Shown in pieces: positions 48,887 through 61,649 of a stretch of 64,000 nucleotides of DNA. Position numbers and translations under genes: made by a program. The notes under the pieces were generated by a model. It did not search any database. It worked only from the letters and a program-made list of their open reading frames with translations, and was not told the DNA's origin. The DNA is from Podarcis liolepis (lineage: Eukaryota): assembly GCA_965112155.1 (NCBI GenBank), contig OZ218100.1. The stretch is one strand, 5' to 3'. The first letter of the stretch is position 1, and each line of letters begins with the position of its first letter.

Positions 48887-50919
48887 CAAGTCACGCCATC
48901 AAATGAAAATACCTGATTCCAAGGATGTTTATACAGAGACTGTGTTCTTATTATGCTATTAAGCTAAATGTGTTGAGTTTTACACTAATAAATTTAGCTT
49001 TTTGAGGAAAAATGCCTAATTTGCTGTGAAGCATTTCTTTTAACAGGTGCACCTATTATTAGGAAGGTTCTCTTTTAACCCTGCCCCACAAGTGTTTTGA
49101 AACTAATGTTATTTAAATGGGTACCAGAGAGAGCATCTGCAAATGTAATGTTAATTCTATCTGCACTTATTGCTTAATTACCACACAGTTTTGCCCTCTA
49201 ATCTGTAGTGCTGTCTGTTCTTCAAGGGTGGTGTATCTTCTTAACAGTTAGAAAATTATTGCTTTAAAAAGAGTGACTTTCAACTAGAATATAATTATCA
49301 ACAAAACACATTAGTGAAGCTTTGCAACAATAAGATCAGCTGTAGCATTGGAAGCTGTTTACACAAGCAATCTATTTGTACCCACGGTGCAACATAAGGC
49401 TATGCTGAGCCCCCTGATCCAATTCAGGGCCTGATTCAGCCCGGGGCTGGCCTGACCCAGTTCTGGGCCCTGAATTGATTTGAGGGGCAGCCCATTTCTT
49501 TGATTCAGATTTTAAACCCAAGTGAACATGCAGTCACAACAGGGTTAAGGAAGAAGGAGATTCAGCATCTCCTTGCCCTCATTCCCTCAAAAACACATGC
49601 ATAGAGTTTTAAAACCCTAATGAGCCAGGGGCAGCTGGTGAATGGAGAATGCAATTCTGCTGGGTGATGCTTCAACTGTACATTCCCCGTTGAGAAGGTG
49701 CTGGCAAATCAGACCTCTGTAGCCAGCAGGATTGAACCCTCCACTTATTCAGCTGCTGAGCAGAAGTTTTAATCCTTCTCAGTTTGGCTGTACAGATCTG
49801 CTCCCCTGCTAGAAACAGCTGTGTGCAGTCAAAGCACAGGACAGGGCTATTTGAAAGCCCTTTTGCAAACAGTCCACCACCTGACCAACCCTGCCTTCTG
49901 ACAGCCCCAGATCACTTAGAGTGGGCTAATACAACCTAGGCCAATCCAGAGCCATCTCAACCCAATCTGGCCTAAGCCTGGATCCCCTCTCCCCCGAACT
50001 GGCCTCAAGTAAAAGTAACAAATTCACATGAGCTTTATCTCTTCCCTGCTGTAAATTATTTCAGGCCTGTTAACTCATTTGAGAGAGACCCTTGTCCCAT
50101 GCCACACCCACAAGTGCAGGGCTCCAATGCAGACCTGACATTATGATAGGTTGCATGTTATATTTATCCAACCCATTAGATTCATTGGTGTACCGATGGA
50201 AATAAATGTTCACATTTACTTACTTTATAAATTTACCACTATATTATTTATTGAAAAAAACAAAGTGCTGAAGAAACAGTATTTAAAAATAGAACTACTA
50301 CTTAAAACAATGAAAATATTTGCTGGGTTTTTAAACGTGTCAAAAGCAACTTGCTCTAAACGGAGTAAAGCCTTCTATATTTATGGATCATTGGCTACAT
50401 AAATTGTCGCGGTTCCTCTGGAGCTCTTACGGTTTGTCATTTCACTCCAGCCATTGAAACTGTCCTAAGCCTGTGTGCTTAAAATCCTCAATAACCTAGC
50501 GGGGAAATCACTGCTGCTTGCATTTGGCATATTGTTTTTAGAGTTCAGCTGCTTTGTCTTCTCTAATGCAAGGTGGGAAAAGATGAAAACAATTTCAGCA
50601 AACACTTTGAAAAATTAGGAGGTGGAACATCCTGATCATTCCTCCCCTTTAAGTAGCTAAAAAGATGAAAACCTCCAGAATGGATAAGCAGAGTAGCTCA
50701 ACAGAGAGGAACTGAACTAAATAAATCCAACTCGGCTGTTTCCTGCGAAGAAACAACACACCCCAGAGATTCTTCCCTGGCAACTGCCAGAACCTTAACT
50801 GTTGAAATCAAAAGGGAATTGAAAACAAGCTATCTTTAGGGCAGCTTTATATATTTCTTGCCAGGACCGTGACCACTACCAAAGACCCTTTCTTTAAAAA
50901 TAAGTTTTTCCTTTATAAG

Positions 50920-50922
<3 letters not shown>

Positions 50923-50952
<30 letters not shown>
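50923..50952. repeat. (GT)15 microsatellite
   Basis: Direct reading. Confidence 0.95.
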
Positions 50953-50954
<2 letters not shown>

Positions 50955-52771
50955 AAAGGGGATTGTAAACTGATCAGTTAATGTTTATAACAACTGGCCA
51001 TAGCTGTGATTTTTTGTCTCAGGTTTTGTTTGTTTTTTTTTGAGTTTTGCTAAATCCTAAACATAAAATCATTTCCTTAATAACAATAATTGACTTAGCC
51101 AAGTTTTTTTAAAAAAAAAAAAAATTCATATCATAATAAGGGGGGGCAGACACTGGGCAAGTATAAAAAATGTACACAGTAATCTTCAGGGATCATATCA
51201 GGTATGAATAACAAAAACGATTCTGTTTTATATTGCAAGGTCAGGAAATGAAGATACTGAAAAAGGAGAAGACACATAAAGAAAGAAAAATAACAAATCA
51301 GGAGACTTCAGCTTAACCAGATCTGTTTAAACGTTGATGGTGGAGACAGACAACTGAGGCCTGGGATTAAATAAAAACCAGTGCAGTGATTTAAAGGAAG
51401 AGATATATAGGTTGGAAGGAGAAAAGAAGTGGCGAAATGGATGTAGTTAATCTGGGCCAGATCTTAAACTTTCCTATGAGATGAAGAACCAGCTTTAGGT
51501 GGAGAAAGCTCTCCTGTTGGACAGGAATTTTCCTTGGTCATTTTGTTACATTTCCATAGAATACAAACCCTGAGGTCTGGATACCGACCTGTTCATTCCC
51601 TGTACCTTGTTGTCTTGTCAGCAATGACTGACTCATGAGTCTATAGGATTTGTACAGGCCAGAGAAGTATAGCACACAGAGTGATGGGGGGGGGGACAAA
51701 ACAAGGACTCTTGAGATAATGCATGGTATCTATCTTTCTCTTCTGTTTCCCCTCAGCCTCTGGACTTAGAGGCCAAAATGTTACAGGCAAGGACAACAGC
51801 ATAGATTACATATCCTAAAACAGAATAGGGCAACTTAACTTGCTTGCATTATTGTAACCATGCTCCATTTGGCCCTGTGTGAATTTATGCTGAAGGCAAC
51901 TTAAACCTTTTCTTTAACAATTTTTGCTCAAATGCTTTGACCTAAACGTGGGATTTAGCATCAACCTGCAATTTAGAATGAAGATAAAATGAAGACTAAC
52001 TGAGTCTAATCCACCAAAACATTGTGTTGCATCCAACTAAGTCATCCCATTTGCACGAATACTTCTACGTGCACAACATAACTTCTTGCCACGTCCCTCC
52101 AAAGCTGTTCTGGAGTCTTGGGGCAATCCCAGAGCAGAGGGAGGTACCCAGGGAGAGGAGGAGAAGAGGTACTGCAGCACATGCTGCAGTCCACAGGAAA
52201 ACATGGCAACTTTGTTGGGTCCAACCCATTATTTTGTGCTGGTCACTGAAGACTACTGAAGAGGTTCATCACAGAGCCTTCTATGACATCTAATGTGGTG
52301 CATTACATAGTGCATCCATCCCATGACACACACTCCCTCTCGATGGCTCTAAAGCAGCCGCGATCATGTGACATTCTTTAATTTTAAACTCTGCCCTATT
52401 ACTCTGGCAACATCCTTAATGAGTGTGGAAGTCTAGCTTACAGGCACTGATTCACAGATGAGGAAAGTCAATTCTTCATATAATAAGAAGAATTGTTATG
52501 GGGGTTATGTGTAATATAGCTACTGATGGTTTTAAAAGCAGCTGAAAGATAATATCTTACTAATTGACATTGCCCAGTGTCCACAAAATGACATCCTGTA
52601 ATGTTTCCTAGTTTGGATGATAAATACGACTCAGATAAAACCAATGTAAGAAGCACTTAACTTTTTAAAAAGTGTCTTTCAGTGCAATCCTACTCCTGTC
52701 TATTTAGAACTAAGTCCAATGTGGTTCATTGGGACTCAGGTGGGCACAATTGTACTCTTGAGGTTTTCCTG

Positions 52772-53148
52772 TGGGCAGATCTGTCAGTTTTGTTTTCTCT
52801 GTTTTTCATTTGTTCAGTCTTAAGTCAACATGCCCACATCAGTTTGCAAATTATTGTTATATATTTATTTTTAGTCCTTGTGAAACTTCATGAGCATATT
52901 AGTGCAAATTTCTTCTAATAAGCACATTTTTTTTGCCTTTTTGCCTAATATACATACTTTGGGGAAAACTACTTCCCCTAATATTATATGTTTTTGTATG
53001 TTGGTTTCATGCATGCATGCACTTTTATGCATTCCTTGCACTATTAAATGCATTTTTGTACACACTGCTTACATTGCTGGGAAACTGGACTGCAAAATTC
53101 AGAGTGTTCAAATTTCAAAGGCTGGCTGTGCTTCAGATTCTTCAGATC
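52772..53148 (+). mobile_element. Family H repeat copy
   Basis: GTGCAAATTTCTTCTAATA and ATGCATTTTTGTACAC motifs, collinear with 45876-46612. Confidence 0.55.
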
Positions 53149-53246
53149 GGTATGTGGAAAAGTGTGCATGCACACGAAAGCTCATACCAATAACAAACTT
53201 AGTTGGTCTCTAAGGTGCTACTGGAAGGAATTTTTTATTTTGTTTC
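53149..53246 (+). mobile_element. Penelope-like pseudo-LTR fragment with degenerate hammerhead
   Basis: AGTGTGCATGCACACGAAAGCTCATACCAATAACAAACTTAGTTGGTCTCTAAGGTGCTACTGGAAGGA is nearly identical to the element at 61025-61223. Confidence 0.85.
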
Positions 53247-53329
53247 CTCATGTATGCTATCTAGCTCTATATAGTATCTAAAGCTCCATGCATGCATCAG
53301 CAATGAATTTTATTGACTTAGAGAGATAA

Positions 53330-54100
53330 GCCCCTTTCCATGCCCACTAAGCATGGAGTGCCTTTGCCCAGCGGTGCTGTGGCCCATAGATTGCAGCAAA
53401 ATTCTGGGCAACGATTTGCCCAGTATCTTCTCTGTGTGATGGGCTCATGGGAAAAAGCTGTCCCATGAGCCTTTGCTGAAGAGGGGAGGGGAAAGCCTAT
53501 ATAAGGCTGCTTCCCCTGGAGCTCACAGCCATTATGCTTTGAGAGCTTCTCGCCTACACACCCTTGAGTTAGAGCCTTCACTGAGAAATTTTGGGTTGTT
53601 GGTTGACAGGGCCGGAAAGGAATTTTTTCTCTCAACCTGACTGGCACTTGAATGGGGTTTTTTCGTCTTTCTCTCAGTGAAATTATGGCTTTGCTTTGTT
53701 AGGCAGAAGAACATTGTTTGTATGAGGGCGGAAATGGCATTGGTCAGGATCAACATAGTATAGCGGGGGGGCCCATAAGGGGCCTGAGGGGAGAACTGAC
53801 CACAGCAAACACAAGTGTGGGTTCGGTATCTGCCTGGTTGGAATCTGCACCCTGGTCCCCCAGTGGGACCTTCCTTGCTTGACTTGTACCACAGCAAGGT
53901 TCAACACTGGCTGACTCCCATCATACAGGTTTGGACTGATCCAAACCCAGCGGATCCATTCCATCCACATGGGGCTTGTGGAATGAGGAACTGATACTGG
54001 GACCCAATGCCATGCCAACCCTTGCCTTGCCTGCTGCTGTCAATAAAGATTTGGCCTGTTTTTATCCCATCACCATTGTGCAGTGTGGTTATTTTGCTGC
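53330..54100 (+). mobile_element. Probable Ngaro/DIRS (tyrosine-recombinase retroelement) terminal-repeat remnant
   Basis: GC-richer block with TATATAA (53498), the motif GGGCCGGAAAGGAATTTTTTC...GGGGTTTTTTCGTCTTTCTC (53609-53673), and CAATAAAGATTTGGCC (54041) followed by a GT-rich end. Recognised from memory only. Confidence 0.5.
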
Positions 54101-55599
54101 TCTCATGGGTCACATAATGCGCCTGCCTGGGCAAACACATTGTATACATGGGAACATGGGGAAAGTACCCCTAATTATAAGCAACAAACCATTTGACTAC
54201 AGACATCTTTCGTCAGAACCCACCTCCCTCCCCACTAGGGGAGGCGAAAGATGTCCACTTTAACTTTGTTTTCCAGACTAGATATGAGTAAGATTAATGC
54301 AATGCTTTCTGAAGATCCAGGGATCTTTACTGATATTGAGTTTATTACCAAAATCTCTGCTGCTCTTTCTCAGCTTTCACAGTTACTTCCTCCATTATGC
54401 CTCAGGGACTTGTGTCCTTTATATCTTCCATCAAGTGCTCCAAATAATTCATCATTTTCTCAAAGCAGAAGTATAACATCCGGTGACCAACAAGTCACTT
54501 AAAACAGTCTCTCAGCTAGTTGGCACCATTATATGCAGAAAGGGCAAATGTGAACACCAGAGGGGGAAAACATGGAGGGTTTAGTTTGTTTGTTTTTTAC
54601 TCATCTCTTTGCCTTACCCACGATGTATACATTGCCTAGAAAACAGTTGTTAGGTGTGCGTAATTGAATGGGAGATGAACCTTCATGGTACTTTAATGAA
54701 GAATTATATTACTGCCCAGGCAGCACAAAGTTAGTTTGCTTCGCAGCTGCCTCAGCCCTAAATTATTTCATTAATATTGGCCCATGTTTCCAATTTCTCC
54801 CGGGGGCATGAAGACTGGAGGAGTGTAGAAAGATGCAAATTATAACTCTCACCCTGTCCCGTCTCATCATTAGGATGCATAGGAGGAGAAAAGTGTGGAA
54901 ACGGCATTTCTCTGGCAAGGGAAAACAGGTCTCTTCCGTTGGGAAAATGGGGCTTGTTTTCAGAAGGAAAATGATGGCTCTATTTTCAGTTGCTCTTTAG
55001 AGTGATGTACAATTAAATGTGCGGCTTCTTTTTCTGCCTTTCTTTCCCTTTGCCTCTGGTAGATTTCTTTTAAAGAATCCAAAATATCAAAGCTTTCATA
55101 TTCCAAGCTTTGAATCATGGACTCAGTTTATTTCTTTTTGTTGCACCTATCTGAGTTAATGCTGGCTTTGGAAGGCGCTTAATAATGGGCTACTCTTACA
55201 TTGCCCTGATGCTCTCATGATACCCTGGCAGAAGAACATGGACAGGCCCTTAATGGCAACCATGCCTACTAGATATACATACGCTACCAGACCAGCATGG
55301 ACCTAAAAACAGTGCTTTGGGAGCTCTATGTTTCCTTCTACATGCGAATGCTCCATGTAAAAAAGATTATAACATTCTCATGCAGTCACCCTCTGCACTT
55401 CCCTTGGAGGAGGCACATGGGGAAAGACCTCTCATAAAGGCTGCAGAGCTCAGGCTAGTTTATGTGGGGAATGCCAATCTTTAAGCTATGTGCAACTCAT
55501 TCTTTTTTCCAGCAGGTGTAACTGAGTACAGCTGGGAGGAAAGCAGCAGTGGTAGGGAAATAGATGGGCATGGCTAGGACTAAGAATCCTCTTTATAGC

Positions 55600-55770
55600 T
55601 TCACAGGAAGCTGCCAATGAGTCAGACCATTGATCCATCAGGATTGTCTAAGCAGTGACTTTCCAGGGTTTCAGGCAGTCTATTCTACTATCTTGAGTAA
55701 CCAGATTTTGAACCTGGGACCTTCTGCATGCAAAGCAGATGCACTACCCAGTAGCTCAGTAGCTACGGTT
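55600..55770 (-). mobile_element. Squam2-like SINE
   Basis: GAGTCAGACCATTGATCCATC ... TTGAACCTGGGACCTTCTGCATGCAAAGCAGATGC. Confidence 0.7.
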
Positions 55771-56257
55771 CTTTCTGCCAAATCTCCCCTATAAATGTCT
55801 CACCTCTGTATTCTTGGGGCAAACAGAATGCCGGACCAGATGGACCTTTGATCTGATCCATCAGGCTGTGTCTTACATTCTTATATTATCCCACATGTGA
55901 CCGATAAACACTGCAGTTTCAATATACATTTTATTTGTGTGCATTTGAAACGGTTGACTCTCTCATTGAGGTCTACTGCTTAAAGCAAGATAAAGTACTC
56001 TGTTTATTGAGTATTGAGGAAATTGTGCTTCCAAAATGCAAGAAGCATTGCCCAAAGAAGCAGGGCTTGTCACTTCATTCATTGTTGCATTTTTTCAATT
56101 AGCTCACTATTTGTATTATCTAATCAGAAGATGAGGCACTATTAACATCATTCTGTTTTTACTGGTTTCATTCATTTATAAATAGCCTGGGGCTGGCAAG
56201 CATTTAATATTTGAGAGAAAGAAAAATCTCTTATGAATGTGTGCCATTCCTTTCAAA

Positions 56258-56435
56258 GGAAGGACTGTAGCTCAGTGGTGGAGCCCATGCTTCACATGCT
56301 GAAGATCCCAGGTTAATTCCCTGTCATCTCCAGATAGGGCTGGAACATTCCTATCCAAAACCCTGGAGAACTGGTGCCAGTAGAAATATATAGGTATGGA
56401 TATAGTTATAATGAGCTATGTGGACCCAATGGACA
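56258..56435 (+). mobile_element. Squam2-like SINE
   Basis: GTAGCTCAGTGGTGGAGC (A box), CCCAGGTTAATTCCC (B-box-like), AAACCCTGGAGA body. A minus-strand partial copy follows at ~56466-56645. Confidence 0.7.
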
Positions 56436-57174
56436 GCAGATGTTGTGAGATCCACTGAACAGAAAAAGCTGCTTTATACTGAGTCAGATTATCAGTATTG
56501 TTTACACTGACTGGCAGCCACCATTATGTTCTGCCTTCTTCAGAGCTGAGGCCCTGGCACAACTCTTCAGGGTCTGCCATCAAGGCTGGATTCTCCATGG
56601 TGCAATTGGAGGAATTGTCCCAGGGCCTGTGCGTGCAAAGTGCCCCAAAGTATGTGCTTTCTTCCTTCCTTTCTAATCTGTCTCTAGCCCTTGCAGAAGG
56701 CAAGTTATGAATCAAAATGTGCAGGGTATCGAGCTGACTAGAGATAAGGTTTTCCTGAAGTTCAGGGTGCAAGTTGCACAGTATAAACAGAACTAAGGTC
56801 CCTTGAGGGCCCACCAAGTTATTAGTACACATTGTTAATTCAGTGGATACTTTTAAATGTGACATTGCTGAATTCTAATATTTTAATTTGTTGCATTGTT
56901 TCCACTCTTCATTTCTCCTGCTCTCTGATTAAGTTCGGTGGAGACTGGTCCATTATGGCAACCAGCGTTTAGGCTTACAAAATGCAATGTAAGCAATTAT
57001 TTTGAAGTTTCCCCCAAAATCTCCATGTTACACTCTTTCCTTTCCCACACATCCTTTTGGACCTTCTTCAGTATCTTCACACAGTCATGTGAGGTAGGTA
57101 GAGCTGAGAGATGGTGACTAGCCCAAGGCAGGAAGTGAGGAAAAATATGATGCATTAAGTGCACATGGTTGATA

Positions 57175-57538
57175 GGTAAAGGTAAAGGGACCCCTGACCA
57201 TTAGGTGCAGTCGTGACCGACTCTGGGGTTGCGGTGCTCATCTCACTTTATTGGCTGAGGGAGCCGGTGTTTGTCTGCAGACAGCTTCCGGGTCATGTGG
57301 CCAGCACGACTAAGCCGCTTCTGGTGAACCAGATCAGTGCACGGACACGCCGTTTACCTTCCCGCCGGAGAAGTACCTATTTATCTACTTGCACTTTGAC
57401 GTGCTTTTGAACTGCTAGGTTGGCAGAAGCTGGGACCGAACAATGGGAGCTCACCCCGTCGCGGGGATTTGAACTGCCGACCTTCTGATCGGCAAGTCCT
57501 AGGCTCTGTGGTTTAACCCACAGCGCCACCGGTGTCCC
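57175..57538 (-). mobile_element. Sauria SINE
   Basis: Same subfamily as the copy at 19527. ~16-bp TSD TGCACATGGTTGATAG / TGCACATGGTCCATAG. Confidence 0.95.
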
Positions 57539-60500
57539 TGCACATGGTCCATAGTTGGCAAAAAAAAAAGAAAAAAGTTTGCAGTTTGCTTAAAGTTTTG
57601 AAACTGCTTGTGGTCAATGGATTTCTGTAGTCCACAAAAGCTTGTGTCATTATAAATGTGTTTGTTTTGATACCACAATATTTTTCATGATACCTTTCAT
57701 GCCTTCTTTTCTAGGGGAAGCAGGGGCTATTTGGGGACGTACACCAATGGCTCCAGACCACCTTAATCCTGCCATGCTTGGCATAGCACTGTTGTGGATG
57801 AGCGAAGTGGCACGAGACCAGGCTTTCACCGCTGCACATTGCAGAGTTTGTTAAACTTTGGCTGTTAGACTGTAAAGCCTTTGAATGCAGTGATCTGTCT
57901 TGTCCATGCATAACGGCTGGAACCTAGTGCAAGCTCTTGGGACACGGCAGGCTATAAATCATAATGAACAAATAGGACTAAACCCTTTTTAGCCTGTGTC
58001 CTCGTGTGATGGTCCTAATGTTTCGATACCTCTCTATGTGCCTACAATGTTTGTCAGTGTGCCAGCTGAAGGGCAGTGTTTGTAGTAAGATGGAATGGTG
58101 TGGACCAGCCCTCTGCTTTTTGATCCCATGCATCATGACCATGTCGCCATCTGTGGCTGGTGAATACATCTTCTCTCTCTCTCTCTCCTTCATTCTCTCA
58201 GTCTTCTGTAGCCAGATGTCTGCCATCAAGCAGCTTTTGCAAATATTTCAAAAGAGAAACTTGATGAGGTAAAATGTTCTCATGTTGGATTTGCTGTTAA
58301 CTTAGGGGTGCTGCAAATGCAGCTTATGCTTCATAGAGAGGACATTTTCCACCTTTCACTGCTCATTAGAGTGGATTCACAATAATTGGCTAACAAAACT
58401 CCACAGGGGAGGTTGACTTGCCTGAAAAACTACTTCCGAGCTCATGATGTACTTGAGAGCATGTTGAGCTTAGACCAGAGAGACCTGTGTTCAAATCTCT
58501 ATTTCATCAAGTTTCCTGGGCAATCTACTCATTAATGCTCAGGCATGAGGAAGAGGGCCTTTTCCATGGTGGCCCCAAGACAAGGCATTCACTGACCTCC
58601 TCTTGCCTCTCCCATTCTTAACTAAATACCTAAATAAATCACACACCACCATTAATATGTGTACTATACAAGAATGTGGATGTCTATTGATTGCGCACTT
58701 TCTTAACCTAATATATCTCCCAAAGATCTGAATAAAAACTTAAACAAAATTAACAATAAACCACAATTGAGTTGCTGAATTGTTGCAGAATTATTTGGCT
58801 AAATAGAATATCCCTTCTTTGAAATTTGTTCACAATCTCAGAACTGAGGCATGCTGTTGCACTGAGCATTCTGTGATGATATAAGGCAGATACTTCAACA
58901 GCCTTAAAAAAAATATACAAAGCCAAATGTATGTTAAACTTGTTTTGGCTGTTGCAAGGCTTGATTCCTGTTTTCCAACACCTGATGAGAACCCAGTGAG
59001 ATGAAGAAAAATCCCTTATGCTCTTATCCAACCCACACACAATGTGGGAGAAACTAAACTATGAGTGATGGTGAAAGCAATAAGGAGTATTTAATGTCTT
59101 CTTCCTCCCTTTATTTGCTTAGCTCCCTTCCTATTATCAGATCCTTAATCACAGATAAGACTCCACAGGTTTTGCTGAAGGCCTGGTGAACGAATTAACC
59201 AGCATATGGCTTAACATCCTCTATCAGGAACAGGATGAGTGGAGAGGGCTGGAGAATGCTCTTAAAAGTAACCCATTTTTGCCATAAAGGTGAGTAGTAT
59301 TAAACAGTGTTAGTTTTTGGTTTTTAGTAAAGTTTACATAATTCCTTGCTTTCTAGCTTGAGAAAATTGATGGGCAGTAAGTTTGTGCTGAGCTAGGCAG
59401 ATACAGGCTAAGCACCTCTAGCATACCAAATGTTCTTTTCCTGAGCACATACTTTAAGATATTGTCTCTATAACTTGCAGAGTAAATGGAATAACAGCAT
59501 CTCAACCAAATACACTTTTATTTTCTCAAGTATACTGTGTTCAAGGTCTTTCTCTAAAAGTAAACATTGAAAACAGCCGACATGTGAAAACCTAGTTTTC
59601 CAGAAAGAAGTGCTCTAGTTTATCCTTCTCCTTAACATGACAGTGTTCCATTGGCAGGAAGTTTTGACTCTAGGAGAAGGATATCCTCTTGCTCAGACTC
59701 TGTACTCCAAGGGCACCAAACGTGTGCAGTCTAAAATGGCCTGTGCTGATTCCCACTTGGATTCTTTCCACCCAGTGCTATTTTTCTAGAAAAAGAGGTG
59801 CTGAAACTCACCATGAACTTATCCCTTGTTCTTTTAGAATGGCAATGGCACCCAACTGAGAGGTGCCAGAGCTGAGCTTCAGTGAGCTCTGGCAAAAGAA
59901 AAAAAGACCCGTTTCCACCTATCACTGTGATTACTTCTACCTGATATCTGATCCTCTTCATCTGTTTTTAAATTCAAACAGCTCCTTAAAACACTTCAGT
60001 TCACCCTGATAGATTCCAATTGACCTCCTCCACATTTACTTTCTTTCCTCCCTCCCTAATGTGTCTTGCCTTTATTCTTCAATTATGTGTCTGTGGCTAG
60101 GATCTCTGTAGGGTTCTGGTTAGTTTTTTAGGGCTTCTATAAATGAATAATTGGTGTGGATGGCTAACCTCTTAGTAAAATGACTGTATCAAAGCTCATT
60201 GTATTATCTCAGTGAAAAGGCTCTTCACAGGCCTCCATTTTGTCATGGGTCTGTGAAATTCCACTGTAATAAAATTTCACATTGGGTTTTCTAAATGCTA
60301 CCTTGGTACGAATTAATGGATGTATTCACTTCCATGCAAGCATGCTTTTGAGTCACTCACTTTATGGATGAATTTGGCCCAACAGTCTTTGGAAACCCTG
60401 ATACAATGTGTCATCAAAAACGATAATGTCCACTCTGTACGTCTTAATTAATGCCTAATGAAAGCAGAACATCTAAAGAGTTGCTTTTGGAAAAATTCAA

Positions 60501-61016
60501 TTGCAAAATTAATTCAGACAGAACAGTGTGCATTTTGCAGTGAATACAGAAGGAGTTCGTGGTGACAGGTCTTTCAGAAGTAGTAGTTACTGAAGCATTG
60601 CTGAAGCAGAGCTAAGCCCTCGAAGTAAACACAGGCAAGTGGACTTGTTGCAAGTTTCTCACCACACAAACAGTACAGGGTCAAGAGGATTTGCTTGGAA
60701 GTAAATATGTTTCTAAACAGATAGACTATGTTGCTAGAATGCATTTTGCCTCTTTTTACTGATAGGGTTTAATTTTCATTTTTCAGTAAAGTTCCCTGCC
60801 ACTACAAAGTTGTCTTTAATGAAGCTTAGATTACACTTTCCATTTGCTTTAGAGTCTTTTGCACATCCATATCACAATAAAGTAGCATTAATACCATAGG
60901 CATAATACGACCATACAGAAAGTTTACTTGGGCTCATGAGCAGCGGATTCTGCAATTACTTCATCCACCATACTGATCTGGTGCTCAAGAGTGGATGCTC
61001 CAAAGGAACTGAAAAA

Positions 61017-61223
61017 AATATATTAAAAAATCCTTCCAGTAGCACCTTAGAGACCAACTAAGTTTGTTATTGGTATGAGCTTTCGTGTGCATGTACACTT
61101 CTTCAGATACCACAAAAGCTCATACCAATAACAAACTTAGTTGGTCTCTAAGGTGCTACTGGAAGGATTTTTTTTTACTTTGTTTCGACTACAGCAGACC
61201 AACACAGCTACCTACCTGTAACT
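61017..61223. mobile_element. Penelope-like fold-back remnant
   Basis: 63-bp inverted arms (61025-61087 / 61111-61173, one mismatch), 3' tail to 61223, 12-bp TSD GGAACTGAAAAA (61005-61016, 61224-61235). Confidence 0.88.
61072..61111 (-). ncRNA. Minimal type I hammerhead ribozyme
   Basis: Minus strand GGUAU-CUGAAGA-A-GUGU-ACAUGC-ACAC-GAAA-GCUC-AUACC. Perfect 5-bp helix I, intact core, 4-bp helix II, palindromic AGCU helix III, CUC cleavage triplet. Confidence 0.82.
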
Positions 61224-61649
61224 GGAACTGAAAAAGACATGTATAGAATAATTACCCTCAAGAAAGCTTGTGTGTGTGTGTGTAAAAAGACTTTGGTACA
61301 AATTACTGTTATTGTAGACATCATACCGCACCAATGTTCTTTTATTCTTTTATTTCCCACTTGTATGTATTTGTTATAACCTTAGCACTTCTGTATAATA
61401 ACACTTTCCCTTTTGAAATTGGGATGATTGATGGTAAAACTGAGCAAAAGCTTTTGGTTTTAACTGCAAAGTTATAAAACCTTAAGCGCAAACTTCTGAT
61501 ATAAGTTCAATTTGACTGGCACGGCAAGGAGCCGCATAGATTTCACTAATGGTTGCAAAGCAAACTTGGATTTACCCTGCCTGCTCACTGTAATTGTATT
61601 TCAAAGCTTACTGTGCAAAACCCATTAGGCCAGTGAAAATTAGTTTTTA

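Noticed and set aside
53496-53506. CArG/SRF box
   Set aside because: CCTATATAAGG has seven A/T bases between CC and GG, not six.
54229-54247. CTCF site (CCACTAGGGGAGGCG)
   Set aside because: Lacks the strongly conserved GGC at the correct spacing.
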